From assembly GCA_040752695.1 (NCBI GenBank), contig JBFMGO010000120.1, positions 1 to 17,582 on the forward strand: DNA of 17,582 bases, given 5' to 3'. Shown here one piece after another: positions 7,959 through 15,050 of the stretch. This DNA comes from a bacterium. Its GTDB lineage: Bacteria; SZUA-182; DTGQ01. Position numbers and translations under genes: made by a program. Every line of letters starts with the position of its first letter. The stretch's first letter is position 1. The notes beneath the pieces were generated by a model that was not told where the DNA came from, searched no databases, and saw only the letters and a program-made list of their open reading frames with translations.

Positions 7959-8483
7959 CTAGTTACAGCCACATTCCCTGAACCGCTTTACCCACCGGTA
8001 TACTGATGCAGGGCGTGCTTTGATCTGCCTGATAATTTCCGGAGTCTTGGTACCCGCCAGGAACAATTCGTATGCCCGTCTGAATTGCTCCAGGTTATCG
8101 CCATACGCGGCCTTGTGGCTCACCGTTACAACGCGGGTCGATCGGTAGTAAGGCACGCCATTATCGTCGAAAACAAGCTCTTTCGGGCTCTGATTCTCAT
8201 TTCCTTCGATAGAAGTTCCCTCAGATCCATCAGATCCTTCCGCCTGTGCTGCCTGATCTGCCTGATCTGCCTGTTGTACCTGGACTGTTTTGGGGTAAAT
8301 TCCTGCCCTCTCTAAAATACCGGCGATGTAGCCTGCCGGATTATCCGTCTTCTGGGCCAGTTCCACCCAGGCCCTGACCTGATGAGTATACTTGGGTAAC
8401 TGCGCCCGTTTTTCCTCGATAGCAGTATCAACCCACAAGGGGAGCTGTAGGATTTTTTGTTTTTTTTCATGATTCATGCTCAT
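7959..8483 (-). CDS. protein with C-terminal helix-turn-helix; candidate middle/late regulator
   Basis: RRAYELFLAGTKTPEIIRQIKARPASVYRWVKRF HTH; last gene of the early block, where Mu has Mor/C. Confidence 0.7.
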   Translation of the reverse strand: MSMNHEKKQKILQLPLWVDTAIEEKRAQLPKYTHQVRAWVELAQKTDNPAGYIAGILERAGIYPKTVQVQQADQADQAAQAEGSDGSEGTSIEGNENQSPKELVFDDNGVPYYRSTRVVTVSHKAAYGDNLEQFRRAYELFLAGTKTPEIIRQIKARPASVYRWVKRFRECGCN

Positions 8484-8766
8484 GGCTCGATTCCTTTGAT
8501 TCCTGTTTTAAACGTAAAGCTTCCAATATCCTGCGATTTCTTTCTTCATACCACCATGCTCTTTTTAAAAGGTCAACAGGATCTGTTTCCGTGGCTCCCA
8601 TACGGACAGCCTTCATTCTCATCCTCGCTGTGGTCAAATCGTAGTGCGGATGATCAGCATGGCTTTGGTACCAGGAACGCTTTAACCCCAATATCCTGGC
8701 AAAGTTGTGCAGCTCTTCCGCACTTTCGGTCGATACCATGTGACCCATATAATCAACCAGAATCAT
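8467..8766 (-). CDS. DUF4031 family protein
   Basis: HMVS...EELH.FA..LGLKRSWYQ....PHYDLT...R.KA...GA motif. Confidence 0.85.
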   Translation of the reverse strand: MILVDYMGHMVSTESAEELHNFARILGLKRSWYQSHADHPHYDLTTARMRMKAVRMGATETDPVDLLKRAWWYEERNRRILEALRLKQESKESSHEHES

Positions 8767-8773
8767 TGCTCTC

Positions 8774-9682
8774 TCACTCCTTCTCCCTGCCCGATTTCCC
8801 TCTGATCGACTTTCCCTCGATCATTTTCAGACAGCCCATCTCCCGGAGACGGTCTACCGTTCTTTTGCCAATTCGCTCCATAAGCTCATCAACTCTCAGG
8901 TTACTGGTCCATAACGTTGTCAGCAGATGGTTGTACCGGTAGTTGATAACGTCAGCTAATTCATCGACTGTCCATTGGGTGCCGTATTCGGCACCAATGT
9001 CATCGAGGGCTACAATCTCGGTCTCTTTGGTTTCGTTGATGAGAGCGTCATATTTATCTGAATCTTTTGACAAATTCGAAAAGGACGATTTCAATGCCTT
9101 GTAATACTCCGGCACGCTCCAGAATAAGCACTTTTTCCCTTTTCGCATCAGGGACAAAAGCACAGCGCAAATATAGTAGGTCTTCCCAACGCCGACATCT
9201 CCAATCAGTCCGAACCCTCGTCCTGCTTGTCGTCCTGATTGTTCACAGCCCGTGAATGGAGTTGACAGGAAATGATCGATGAAATTATTGCACCAGGGAA
9301 TCATTACCTTTTCATGGGGTGATATTCCGCTCGGTAAGAGCTGGGCATGGTAATAGCGGGGCGGAATCCTCGATGCCTGCAACATCTTCTCCCAATGTTC
9401 CTTTTCCTCTTTCTCTTTATGCAGGCGGTCATAGCAATCGCAAGGGTATACCAGCAACGAGATTTCGAGAAGGCCGACCTGCCTTGATCTGCGCTCTGGC
9501 CGTGCCCCACAAACAGAGCATGGCTTGCTCTGGGGATGTCCGATCAAATTCCGCGATCTCGGATCGAGATCGCTTTCTCTTGCACAGTCACAGGCTCTAT
9601 TATCCCTTGGCATATGGTCTTTATGCCCCCCATGGGCCTTATAGTCCCCGCGGTCCTTGTGATCGTGATCCTTACCAGACAT
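8774..9682 (-). CDS. DnaC/IstB-like AAA+ ATPase (helicase loader) with Zn-binding cysteines
   Basis: Start reassigned to 9682 (GGAGG SD); CSVC...CDC; SRIPPRY; Walker A GDVGVGKT; Walker B IVALDDIGAE; INYRYN..L.T..TSNL; R.VDRL.EM. Confidence 0.9.
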   Translation of the reverse strand: MSGKDHDHKDRGDYKAHGGHKDHMPRDNRACDCARESDLDPRSRNLIGHPQSKPCSVCGARPERRSRQVGLLEISLLVYPCDCYDRLHKEKEEKEHWEKMLQASRIPPRYYHAQLLPSGISPHEKVMIPWCNNFIDHFLSTPFTGCEQSGRQAGRGFGLIGDVGVGKTYYICAVLLSLMRKGKKCLFWSVPEYYKALKSSFSNLSKDSDKYDALINETKETEIVALDDIGAEYGTQWTVDELADVINYRYNHLLTTLWTSNLRVDELMERIGKRTVDRLREMGCLKMIEGKSIRGKSGREKE

Positions 9683-10115
9683 CGGTAATCTTTCCTCCCT
9701 GGGGATCCGCGCCCTGGTGATTGGAATCATGCCGATCTGCTTCCTGTTGATCTGCTCCCTGCCGGTCTACTCCCTGGCATTCTGGCTGCTCGAACCGATA
9801 TCGCTTCCTGGATTGATCACCGGCGGATTTGTCAGCCTTCCACTTACTGGCATTCTTACACCATGTCCTCAGTCTGGAGCGGTAATTCACCCTTTTTTTG
9901 AGCCTGTCCCGGTTATCGAGCATCCAGGCGTTCCATTGCTTAATTTCCTCATATAAATCCAGGGTTGGAAAATCCTTCCGGAGTTGCCTGATGAAATCCA
10001 GGTCCTTATCCTGATCAAATGGATATCCTTTTATTCCCTTTAGTACCAGGAATACCTCTGCTTCAGCAAGCTCAGAGTATTTACCTATAAAGTATTTACT
10101 TATTATCATAGTCAT
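9672..10115 (-). CDS. protein resembling the C-terminal domain of phage replication initiators
   Basis: LRKDFPTLDLYEEIKQWNAWMLDN....K.VNYRSRLRTWCKNA helical motif; overlaps the DnaC-like gene. Confidence 0.6.
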   Translation of the reverse strand: MTMIISKYFIGKYSELAEAEVFLVLKGIKGYPFDQDKDLDFIRQLRKDFPTLDLYEEIKQWNAWMLDNRDRLKKRVNYRSRLRTWCKNASKWKADKSAGDQSRKRYRFEQPECQGVDRQGADQQEADRHDSNHQGADPQGGKITDVW

Positions 10116-10395
10116 TCTCCACCCCGTCTCGGCCGGATGACTGCTTTACCAGATAGCTGACAAGTGATGTCCTGGGGATCCTCCATTGCCCGCCGATCTT
10201 GGTGGCTGTAATCTCCCCGGCACTTACCAGCCTCAAAACACTAAAATATGATATCCGCGTAACCTCGGCCACTTCAGCCACGGTGAAAAAGATGTGCGAA
10301 ATGGTCCGTACCTCACTCAGAGTTTCCTCGATCAAAGCTTCTTTTACCGAATCTTCTTTCATCGAAGACTCTTCGTTTCTCGATCCCGTGCCCAT
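10096..10395 (-). CDS. excisionase-like (MerR/HTH_17) DNA-binding protein
   Basis: FFTVAEVAEVTRISYFSVLRLVSAGEITATKIGGQWRIP. Confidence 0.88.
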   Translation of the reverse strand: MGTGSRNEESSMKEDSVKEALIEETLSEVRTISHIFFTVAEVAEVTRISYFSVLRLVSAGEITATKIGGQWRIPRTSLVSYLVKQSSGRDGVENDYDNK

Positions 10396-10398
10396 CGT

Positions 10399-10839
10399 TT
10401 AATTCCTTTTCTTCTTCCTTAACCATTTCCTGTAATTGACCAGCCCGCTGATAACCGTGCTGGCCTGTGTTGGCGAAAGCCAATCATAATGCTCTATGCC
10501 AGTCTGCTTCTTCACAAAACCTGCCAGTTCAGTGTCTGACCAGCCAAGCTCTTTCTGATGGCTGATAATCGCATACCGCTGCTTTCTGGTCAGTTTTCCG
10601 GCAGTTTCACCGGTTATTCTCCGAAGAGTGCTGATGAGCAGATCAGCCTCCAGGAAGGTAAGATCGCTCATGTTTTCCTTTTTGTAATTGTGCTCTATGA
10701 ACCGGTAAAGCTCTTCATCATCAAGCTTTACCTTTGTCTTCCAGATAGTCCAGATGATTTTCTTCTGGTCTTTATTGATCATCTTTTTTGGCTGTGTGCC
10801 CTGAGTTCCCCTGTTCATGTGCCCGTTTTCCTCACTCAT
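10399..10839 (-). CDS. gemA: Mu GemA/gp16-like protein (DUF1018)
   Basis: QKKIIW.....LDDEELY.FI...YKK..MSDLT..EA..LI..L and L.GFVKKQTG.....WL...QAS.VI.GL. Confidence 0.82.
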   Translation of the reverse strand: MSEENGHMNRGTQGTQPKKMINKDQKKIIWTIWKTKVKLDDEELYRFIEHNYKKENMSDLTFLEADLLISTLRRITGETAGKLTRKQRYAIISHQKELGWSDTELAGFVKKQTGIEHYDWLSPTQASTVISGLVNYRKWLRKKKRN

Positions 10840-10850
10840 CAGATTATTAG

Positions 10851-10941
10851 TACCCCTTCACTCTTAAATTTGTAGTCTGCCATTTCGTCATTCCCGCGAA
10901 AGCGGGAATCCAGTCTTCACAAACTTGGCTGTGAAGAGGTA
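10851..10941. mobile_element. 91-bp MITE-like element with imperfect TIRs, TTAG direct repeats and a central REP hairpin
   Basis: TACCCCTTCAC...GTGAAGAGGTA (10/11 match, 17/23 when extended); TTAG at 10847-10850 and 10942-10945; GTCATTCCCGCGAAAGCGGGAATCCAG at 10887-10913. Confidence 0.7.
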
Positions 10942-10956
10942 TTAGGTTGTTAATGC

Positions 10957-11007
10957 GTGGAGCGTTAAAGCAGGTGAGCGTTTTTATTACTAACGCTCCA
11001 CTGCTTT
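10957..11007 (-). terminator. hairpin downstream of gam with two alternative pairings
   Basis: GTGGAGCGTTA 10957-10967 / TAACGCTCCAC 10991-11001; alternative pairing AAAGCAG..GAGCGTT / AACGCTC..CTGCTTT. Confidence 0.4.
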
Positions 11008-11013
11008 CACCCT

Positions 11014-11553
11014 TCACACAAACGGTTCCTCTACCGGAGTTCTGAGCTTCTCCAGGTTAGGCTCGATTTTCAGGGTGTCGGTAGTCTTCCTCTCTGCACC
11101 ACACTTGACCAGGGTATTGTCGTCGAGAGCCTCCATCGCTTCCTTGTTAATTTTCTCTGTCTTTTTTATGCAACTGTCTAACCCCAATGCCTTGAGAGCT
11201 GCAATGCATGATTCCATCGATGCAATCGATATCTTTTTCACGACACGGTAGGCAACGGTTCCAAAATTCAGAGTCTTGGTTCTGTTTTTCGCAAACTCTT
11301 CTTTCCTGCCCCCGCAAAAAGAGGTAATCTTCTTTTCCAATGCCTTATATTCAGCCTTAAGTGCCGATGCCTGGTTTACGGCCTCTTCCTTTACCTTGCT
11401 GATTTGCAGGTTCATTGCCCCCTCTATATCGAGCAGGGCAATCTCTATTTCCCCCATGCGCCTCAACGCCTGGTCAACTTCAGGCCAATCCTTTAACGAT
11501 TGGCTCTTATCTCCTTTGCCATTGCCATTGCCATTTGGGTTTTTCTTTGCCAT
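11014..11553 (-). CDS. gam: Mu Gam-like host-nuclease inhibitor (DNA end-binding)
   Basis: LKDWPEVDQALRRMGEI...I..VKEEA...KTLNFGTVAYR...IK.TEKINKEA; AAGGAG SD. Confidence 0.92.
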   Translation of the reverse strand: MAKKNPNGNGNGKGDKSQSLKDWPEVDQALRRMGEIEIALLDIEGAMNLQISKVKEEAVNQASALKAEYKALEKKITSFCGGRKEEFAKNRTKTLNFGTVAYRVVKKISIASMESCIAALKALGLDSCIKKTEKINKEAMEALDDNTLVKCGAERKTTDTLKIEPNLEKLRTPVEEPFV

Positions 11554-11606
11554 TGTGCTCTTTTCTCCTTCTTGTTTGCGGTATGTGGTGCGCTAAGGTC
11601 AGGCTT

Positions 11607-11755
11607 GGGCCGCCGATCCAATCATAAGGGGTTGATGGGGGGGTGAAAGGAACGGCAGCCCTTGCCTTTTCTCTTGTAACCTGTATGTGCGCGGTATATA
11701 ATACGGGGTGTTTCCTTAATCATATCAGGGAGTAAGGCTGCTACCTTACGCCCTG
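11607..11755 (-). ncRNA. candidate structured intergenic RNA (two hairpins, C-rich loop)
   Basis: 13-bp stem 11607-11619/11649-11661 (a mismatch on the plus strand is a G-U pair on the minus strand); hairpin 11726-11755. Confidence 0.35.
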
Positions 11756-11765
11756 GGCATTCGGT

Positions 11766-12161
11766 TTAACTGGCCAGAGGTGCTTTGTCAGACCCTTTGG
11801 CCAGTCCTCTTAATCCGATCAGTTTGTCCTCGTATTCCTTCATATCCATGGCGATCAGTTCCACCAGCATTCTGAACCGTGCAAATTCGACGGGATTATC
11901 CCATATGCCGTCCTGATGAGCCCTCAAAACCATAGTCTGCATTTTATCCCTGATATCACACTCAATGCCTTTCAGCGGATGTTCAGCCATTACCTTCTGC
12001 ACGATATTTTCTACTCTGCTGTTCATCTCCGTTTGCTCTATGGGTAATTTTTCCCCCCAGGTAATTTCCGTCACTCCCAAACCTCCATCATCCTGTCTTT
12101 CCTGCTCCTGTCTCATTTCCATTCTCATCTCCACCGTCTCTTTCACTTGCCTTTCATCCAT
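11766..12161 (-). CDS. hypothetical protein
   Basis: Co-oriented 131-aa ORF with AAGGAGG SD. Confidence 0.75.
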   Translation of the reverse strand: MDERQVKETVEMRMEMRQEQERQDDGGLGVTEITWGEKLPIEQTEMNSRVENIVQKVMAEHPLKGIECDIRDKMQTMVLRAHQDGIWDNPVEFARFRMLVELIAMDMKEYEDKLIGLRGLAKGSDKAPLAS

Positions 12162-12204
12162 GACTATTTCCTCCTTAACCTGTAAATATGTTAATATTAT
12201 GTGG

Positions 12205-12639
12205 TTATGATTGCTGCTTTGATGATTTTTCCGGCAAATCTAATGGATATAACAGCTTTATGGCCTTATTATTCTCAATCAGATGCTTTTTCAGCCTCTT
12301 GAATGATACCCACCAGGGGATGTAATAAGTATATTTTTTGTCAATATCGATCCCGGCTTCCTTTAAGATCCTTTTATCAGCATTTTCATTCAAGCTTTCC
12401 CTTTTCTTCCCCGAACATAGAAATCTGTCTCTCGAATCGAAAAAACGTCTGCGCTCTTCACAATCATCATTCATCCAGGCTGACTTAAAAACCCCATTTA
12501 CGTAAAAAACGATCCCGTTTTTATACTGGCTTAACATTGCCAAAACGAACGCTACCTGATACCCATCACAGTCGAGCCGTACCAGCCGACCCATTTGCTT
12601 CAGCAAATCCTCCATTTTTTTCCATTCCTCAGGTCCCAT
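12205..12639 (-). CDS. conserved hypothetical protein of Mu-like phage early regions
   Basis: EEWK..E..L.....V.L.CDGY.V...YVNG..K..W...DCEERRRF motif; AAGGA SD. Confidence 0.8.
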   Translation of the reverse strand: MGPEEWKKMEDLLKQMGRLVRLDCDGYQVAFVLAMLSQYKNGIVFYVNGVFKSAWMNDDCEERRRFFDSRDRFLCSGKKRESLNENADKRILKEAGIDIDKKYTYYIPWWVSFKRLKKHLIENNKAIKLLYPLDLPEKSSKQQS

Positions 12640-12684
12640 ATCATGCTTCCTTATTTACTATCACTCATTCCTGTTCCCTGATGA

Positions 12685-13677
12685 CTACCGTACTACCGAG
12701 AAGATGATGTTCATCACTTCCCGGTATCCCATTACCTTGCCCTTTTTGATTACCTTGGATAGATAGTGAAACCCTCCGCGAAGAGCCGCCGTATCGACCG
12801 CCAGGCTCTTCAATTCGCTATCTATCCCCTGCGAGAAAAAATCCATGTACCTGTTCAGGTCCTCCTTTGAGAGTGCCTTGAACTTTCGATAGTAGCCTAT
12901 CCTGTTCTGAAAATATCCCGGCATCTGGTTGATGGCATCCTCGAGGGGAAAGATGCCGATAAGACACACACCGATCCCGGCTTCCATGATCTGCCGGAAG
13001 ATGGCAAATTTCTGCTTTGTAGCCTCCCAGTTTGACGAGCGGCACAAAACATCTGCCTCATCCACGATCAGCAGCCGGCAGGAGCGGGAAAGCGTGTCCT
13101 GGATATCCCGCAGGGTCCGCTGTAAATCGCTGACCGTTGACAGCTTCAGCATCTGCGATAATCCCCGCAGTACGCCGGTAGGAGTGGATAATTCGGTGGG
13201 GGTGTAGATAAACACCTGGTCGTGCGTTTCGGCATAGGTGCGGGCCGTGTAAGTTTTCCCCAGCCCTGACGGGCCGACGATGACCCCAAGCTCTTTGTCC
13301 TCTGCACACAAATCGAATATGGCCGCGATCGTCTGCTGTGCCCTGGTGATAAACTGCTGATCACCGATCAGACGATCGAGAATTGCTTTTGCCTCTTCTT
13401 CCGATTTGTCTCCGTATTTTTCGTTGAGAACCTGGCTGATTTTGGTTTTCGAACAATCAACCATCTCGGCAAGCTGGCTGAGGCTCAAATTCCGCTCCTT
13501 CACCAGGCTGTTGAGCCTGGCGATCGCAGATCCGGATCCTGACTCTGCCGATCCTCCGCCAGGCAAAACCGACAGGGAAGGAGATCTGCCTGGCGATTGC
13601 TCCTGGCTTTGATTGCCCTGGCTCCCATGATTGCCATGATTGCCATGATTCTCATTTTGGTTAAGATTTTTGTCCAT
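12685..13677 (-). CDS. MuB-like AAA+ transposition ATPase with N-terminal HTH
   Basis: HTH LSLSQLAEMVDCSKTKISQVLNEKYG; Walker A GPSGLGKT; Walker B LLIVDEAD. Confidence 0.9.
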   Translation of the reverse strand: MDKNLNQNENHGNHGNHGSQGNQSQEQSPGRSPSLSVLPGGGSAESGSGSAIARLNSLVKERNLSLSQLAEMVDCSKTKISQVLNEKYGDKSEEEAKAILDRLIGDQQFITRAQQTIAAIFDLCAEDKELGVIVGPSGLGKTYTARTYAETHDQVFIYTPTELSTPTGVLRGLSQMLKLSTVSDLQRTLRDIQDTLSRSCRLLIVDEADVLCRSSNWEATKQKFAIFRQIMEAGIGVCLIGIFPLEDAINQMPGYFQNRIGYYRKFKALSKEDLNRYMDFFSQGIDSELKSLAVDTAALRGGFHYLSKVIKKGKVMGYREVMNIIFSVVR

Positions 13678-13716
13678 TGCCTTTAACCCCTATTTAGGAT
13701 ATGATCCCGTGTATCT

Positions 13717-14162
13717 ATGGATGAGAAAATAAAAGCATTAATAGAAGATCTGCAAAAAAAATCCTGTTAATACCAATAGGATTAAGCATATTCCTATTGG
13801 AACGGATAGCTCACTCGGTAGTGCCTCTACTTTCTTTAACACTACTGCAGCAACTATCAAAGAGCACACTGCTAGACATTTTGAGCTTATGTTTAGTAAT
13901 TGTGATTGTGCAATTTGCATGTATTTATCATCTCCATAATAAGCTGCGGAATAAATTGACTCCGAAATTTGGCATCTCCTGGGATAAAAAAGGAAACCCT
14001 TACTGCCCGTCACTGTCCTGTAAATCTCCTCTGTCACAATATGGAAAGTATGCCGGAGGCTTTGGATTCAAATGCCCGCAATGTAAAGAATTCATCTTCC
14101 TGAATGATGATAATGGTAACGACATTCCTCTTAATAAAGCATTAGAGCAGCTATCCAAATAA
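13717..14162 (+). CDS. membrane protein with C-terminal Zn-ribbon, frameshifted at A8 (13754-13761)
   Basis: ATG 13717 frame stops at 13768; a -1 shift at CAA AAA AAA joins it to the frame of ORF 13797..14162 (TM segments, FGISWDKKGNPYCPSLSC...CPQC). Confidence 0.65.
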
Positions 14163-14165
14163 CTT

Positions 14166-14274
14166 TCGCTCACATTTATAAAGCAACATACCTAATAAAA
14201 AGCATCCAATTCCGTCATTCCCGCGAAGGCGGGAATGACAAAGAAAAGATGTGATGGCTCCTATATGAGAGCGA
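14166..14274. repeat. dispersed repeat, copy B, containing a REP hairpin GTCATTCCCGC-GAAG-GCGGGAATGAC (14214-14239)
   Basis: Homologous to the reverse complement of 3181..3245 with ~44 extra central bases; the hairpin has a perfect 11-bp stem. Confidence 0.85.
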
Positions 14275-14280
14275 TAACTT

Positions 14281-14535
14281 TTACTTGGCATCGTCTACTC
14301 CTTCACTGCAACACTCGACCACTAAACCGACGTCTCCTTCAGACGACTTTTTAATGTCTACTTTCCTGAATGTGAGATCATTCACTTCATAATCGTCACC
14401 CATGAAAACCCCGGCAGCTTCCAGTACTGCATCGCGCGCCTGGTCTTCTAACACGGTGTGTTCATCGTCTTCAAAGATGACTTCAACATCTTTTATAATA
14501 GTCACTTCAGCTTTAGCCTTGTATCTGTCAGCCAT
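14281..14535 (-). CDS. acidic hypothetical protein
   Basis: Co-oriented 84-aa ORF, GGAG SD. Confidence 0.7.
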   Translation of the reverse strand: MADRYKAKAEVTIIKDVEVIFEDDEHTVLEDQARDAVLEAAGVFMGDDYEVNDLTFRKVDIKKSSEGDVGLVVECCSEGVDDAK

Positions 14536-14538
14536 ATT

Positions 14539-14808
14539 TCACATCTCCGTTGATCTCTCATCATAGAGAACGTCGTATTGTAATCTCCTGGTTAGACATA
14601 CATGGTGAATCAAAATAACGACTGCTCCAGGATCAAGAGATGGTAAAATTACTTTTTGATAGTACTCTTCCCAGGTTATAGCTTCCTCTTGCTGCTTAAA
14701 GGTTTCTATTTCTTTCCTATGAATGTACACTTCCTTAAACCTATGGCCCTTAAGACGATAACCAATAGGAAAATGCTTTACTTCTCCCTTTCTATTAATA
14801 AGGAGCAT
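14539..14808 (-). CDS. hypothetical protein
   Basis: Likely start ATG 14808 (AGAGGT SD), overlapping the upstream stop. Confidence 0.6.
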   Translation of the reverse strand: MLLINRKGEVKHFPIGYRLKGHRFKEVYIHRKEIETFKQQEEAITWEEYYQKVILPSLDPGAVVILIHHVCLTRRLQYDVLYDERSTEM

Positions 14809-15040
14809 TAGGAAATACCTCTTTGGCACTGCAAATATAACGCTTACCTAAAGTAAACACATTGACAGAGCTGGCATCTACATCAATGGCTACTAAAACC
14901 TTTTTCCCTACATACCTGGCCAGCCGTTTATCCGTATAGCGTTTCCTGTTAAAAACTATGATCCCTTTATCCACCCTGATGCACCTGGCGTTATTCATAC
15001 TCTGTACAAATTCATCAAATGTCTGGTAATTCACTGTCAT
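14795..15040 (-). CDS. stand-alone Mu-transposase C-terminal (beta-barrel) domain protein
   Basis: Start reassigned to ATG 15040 (AAGGGGG SD); R.VDKGII.FN.KRY....L..YVGKKV.V..D.D.SSV.VF..G.RYIC.A is the Mu-transpos_C pattern. Confidence 0.75.
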   Translation of the reverse strand: MTVNYQTFDEFVQSMNNARCIRVDKGIIVFNRKRYTDKRLARYVGKKVLVAIDVDASSVNVFTLGKRYICSAKEVFPNAPY

Positions 15041-15050
15041 GTCTTTTAAT

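Noticed and set aside
8774..9682. IS21 element (IstB)
   Set aside because: No adjacent IstA or IS21 ends; Zn-cysteines and the upstream initiator-like gene fit a phage helicase loader better
13738..14037. Minus-strand 99-aa hydrophobic ORF co-oriented with the early operon
   Set aside because: Lies opposite the plus-strand gene, which has the more convincing paired-cysteine motif; treated as a shadow ORF but not fully excluded
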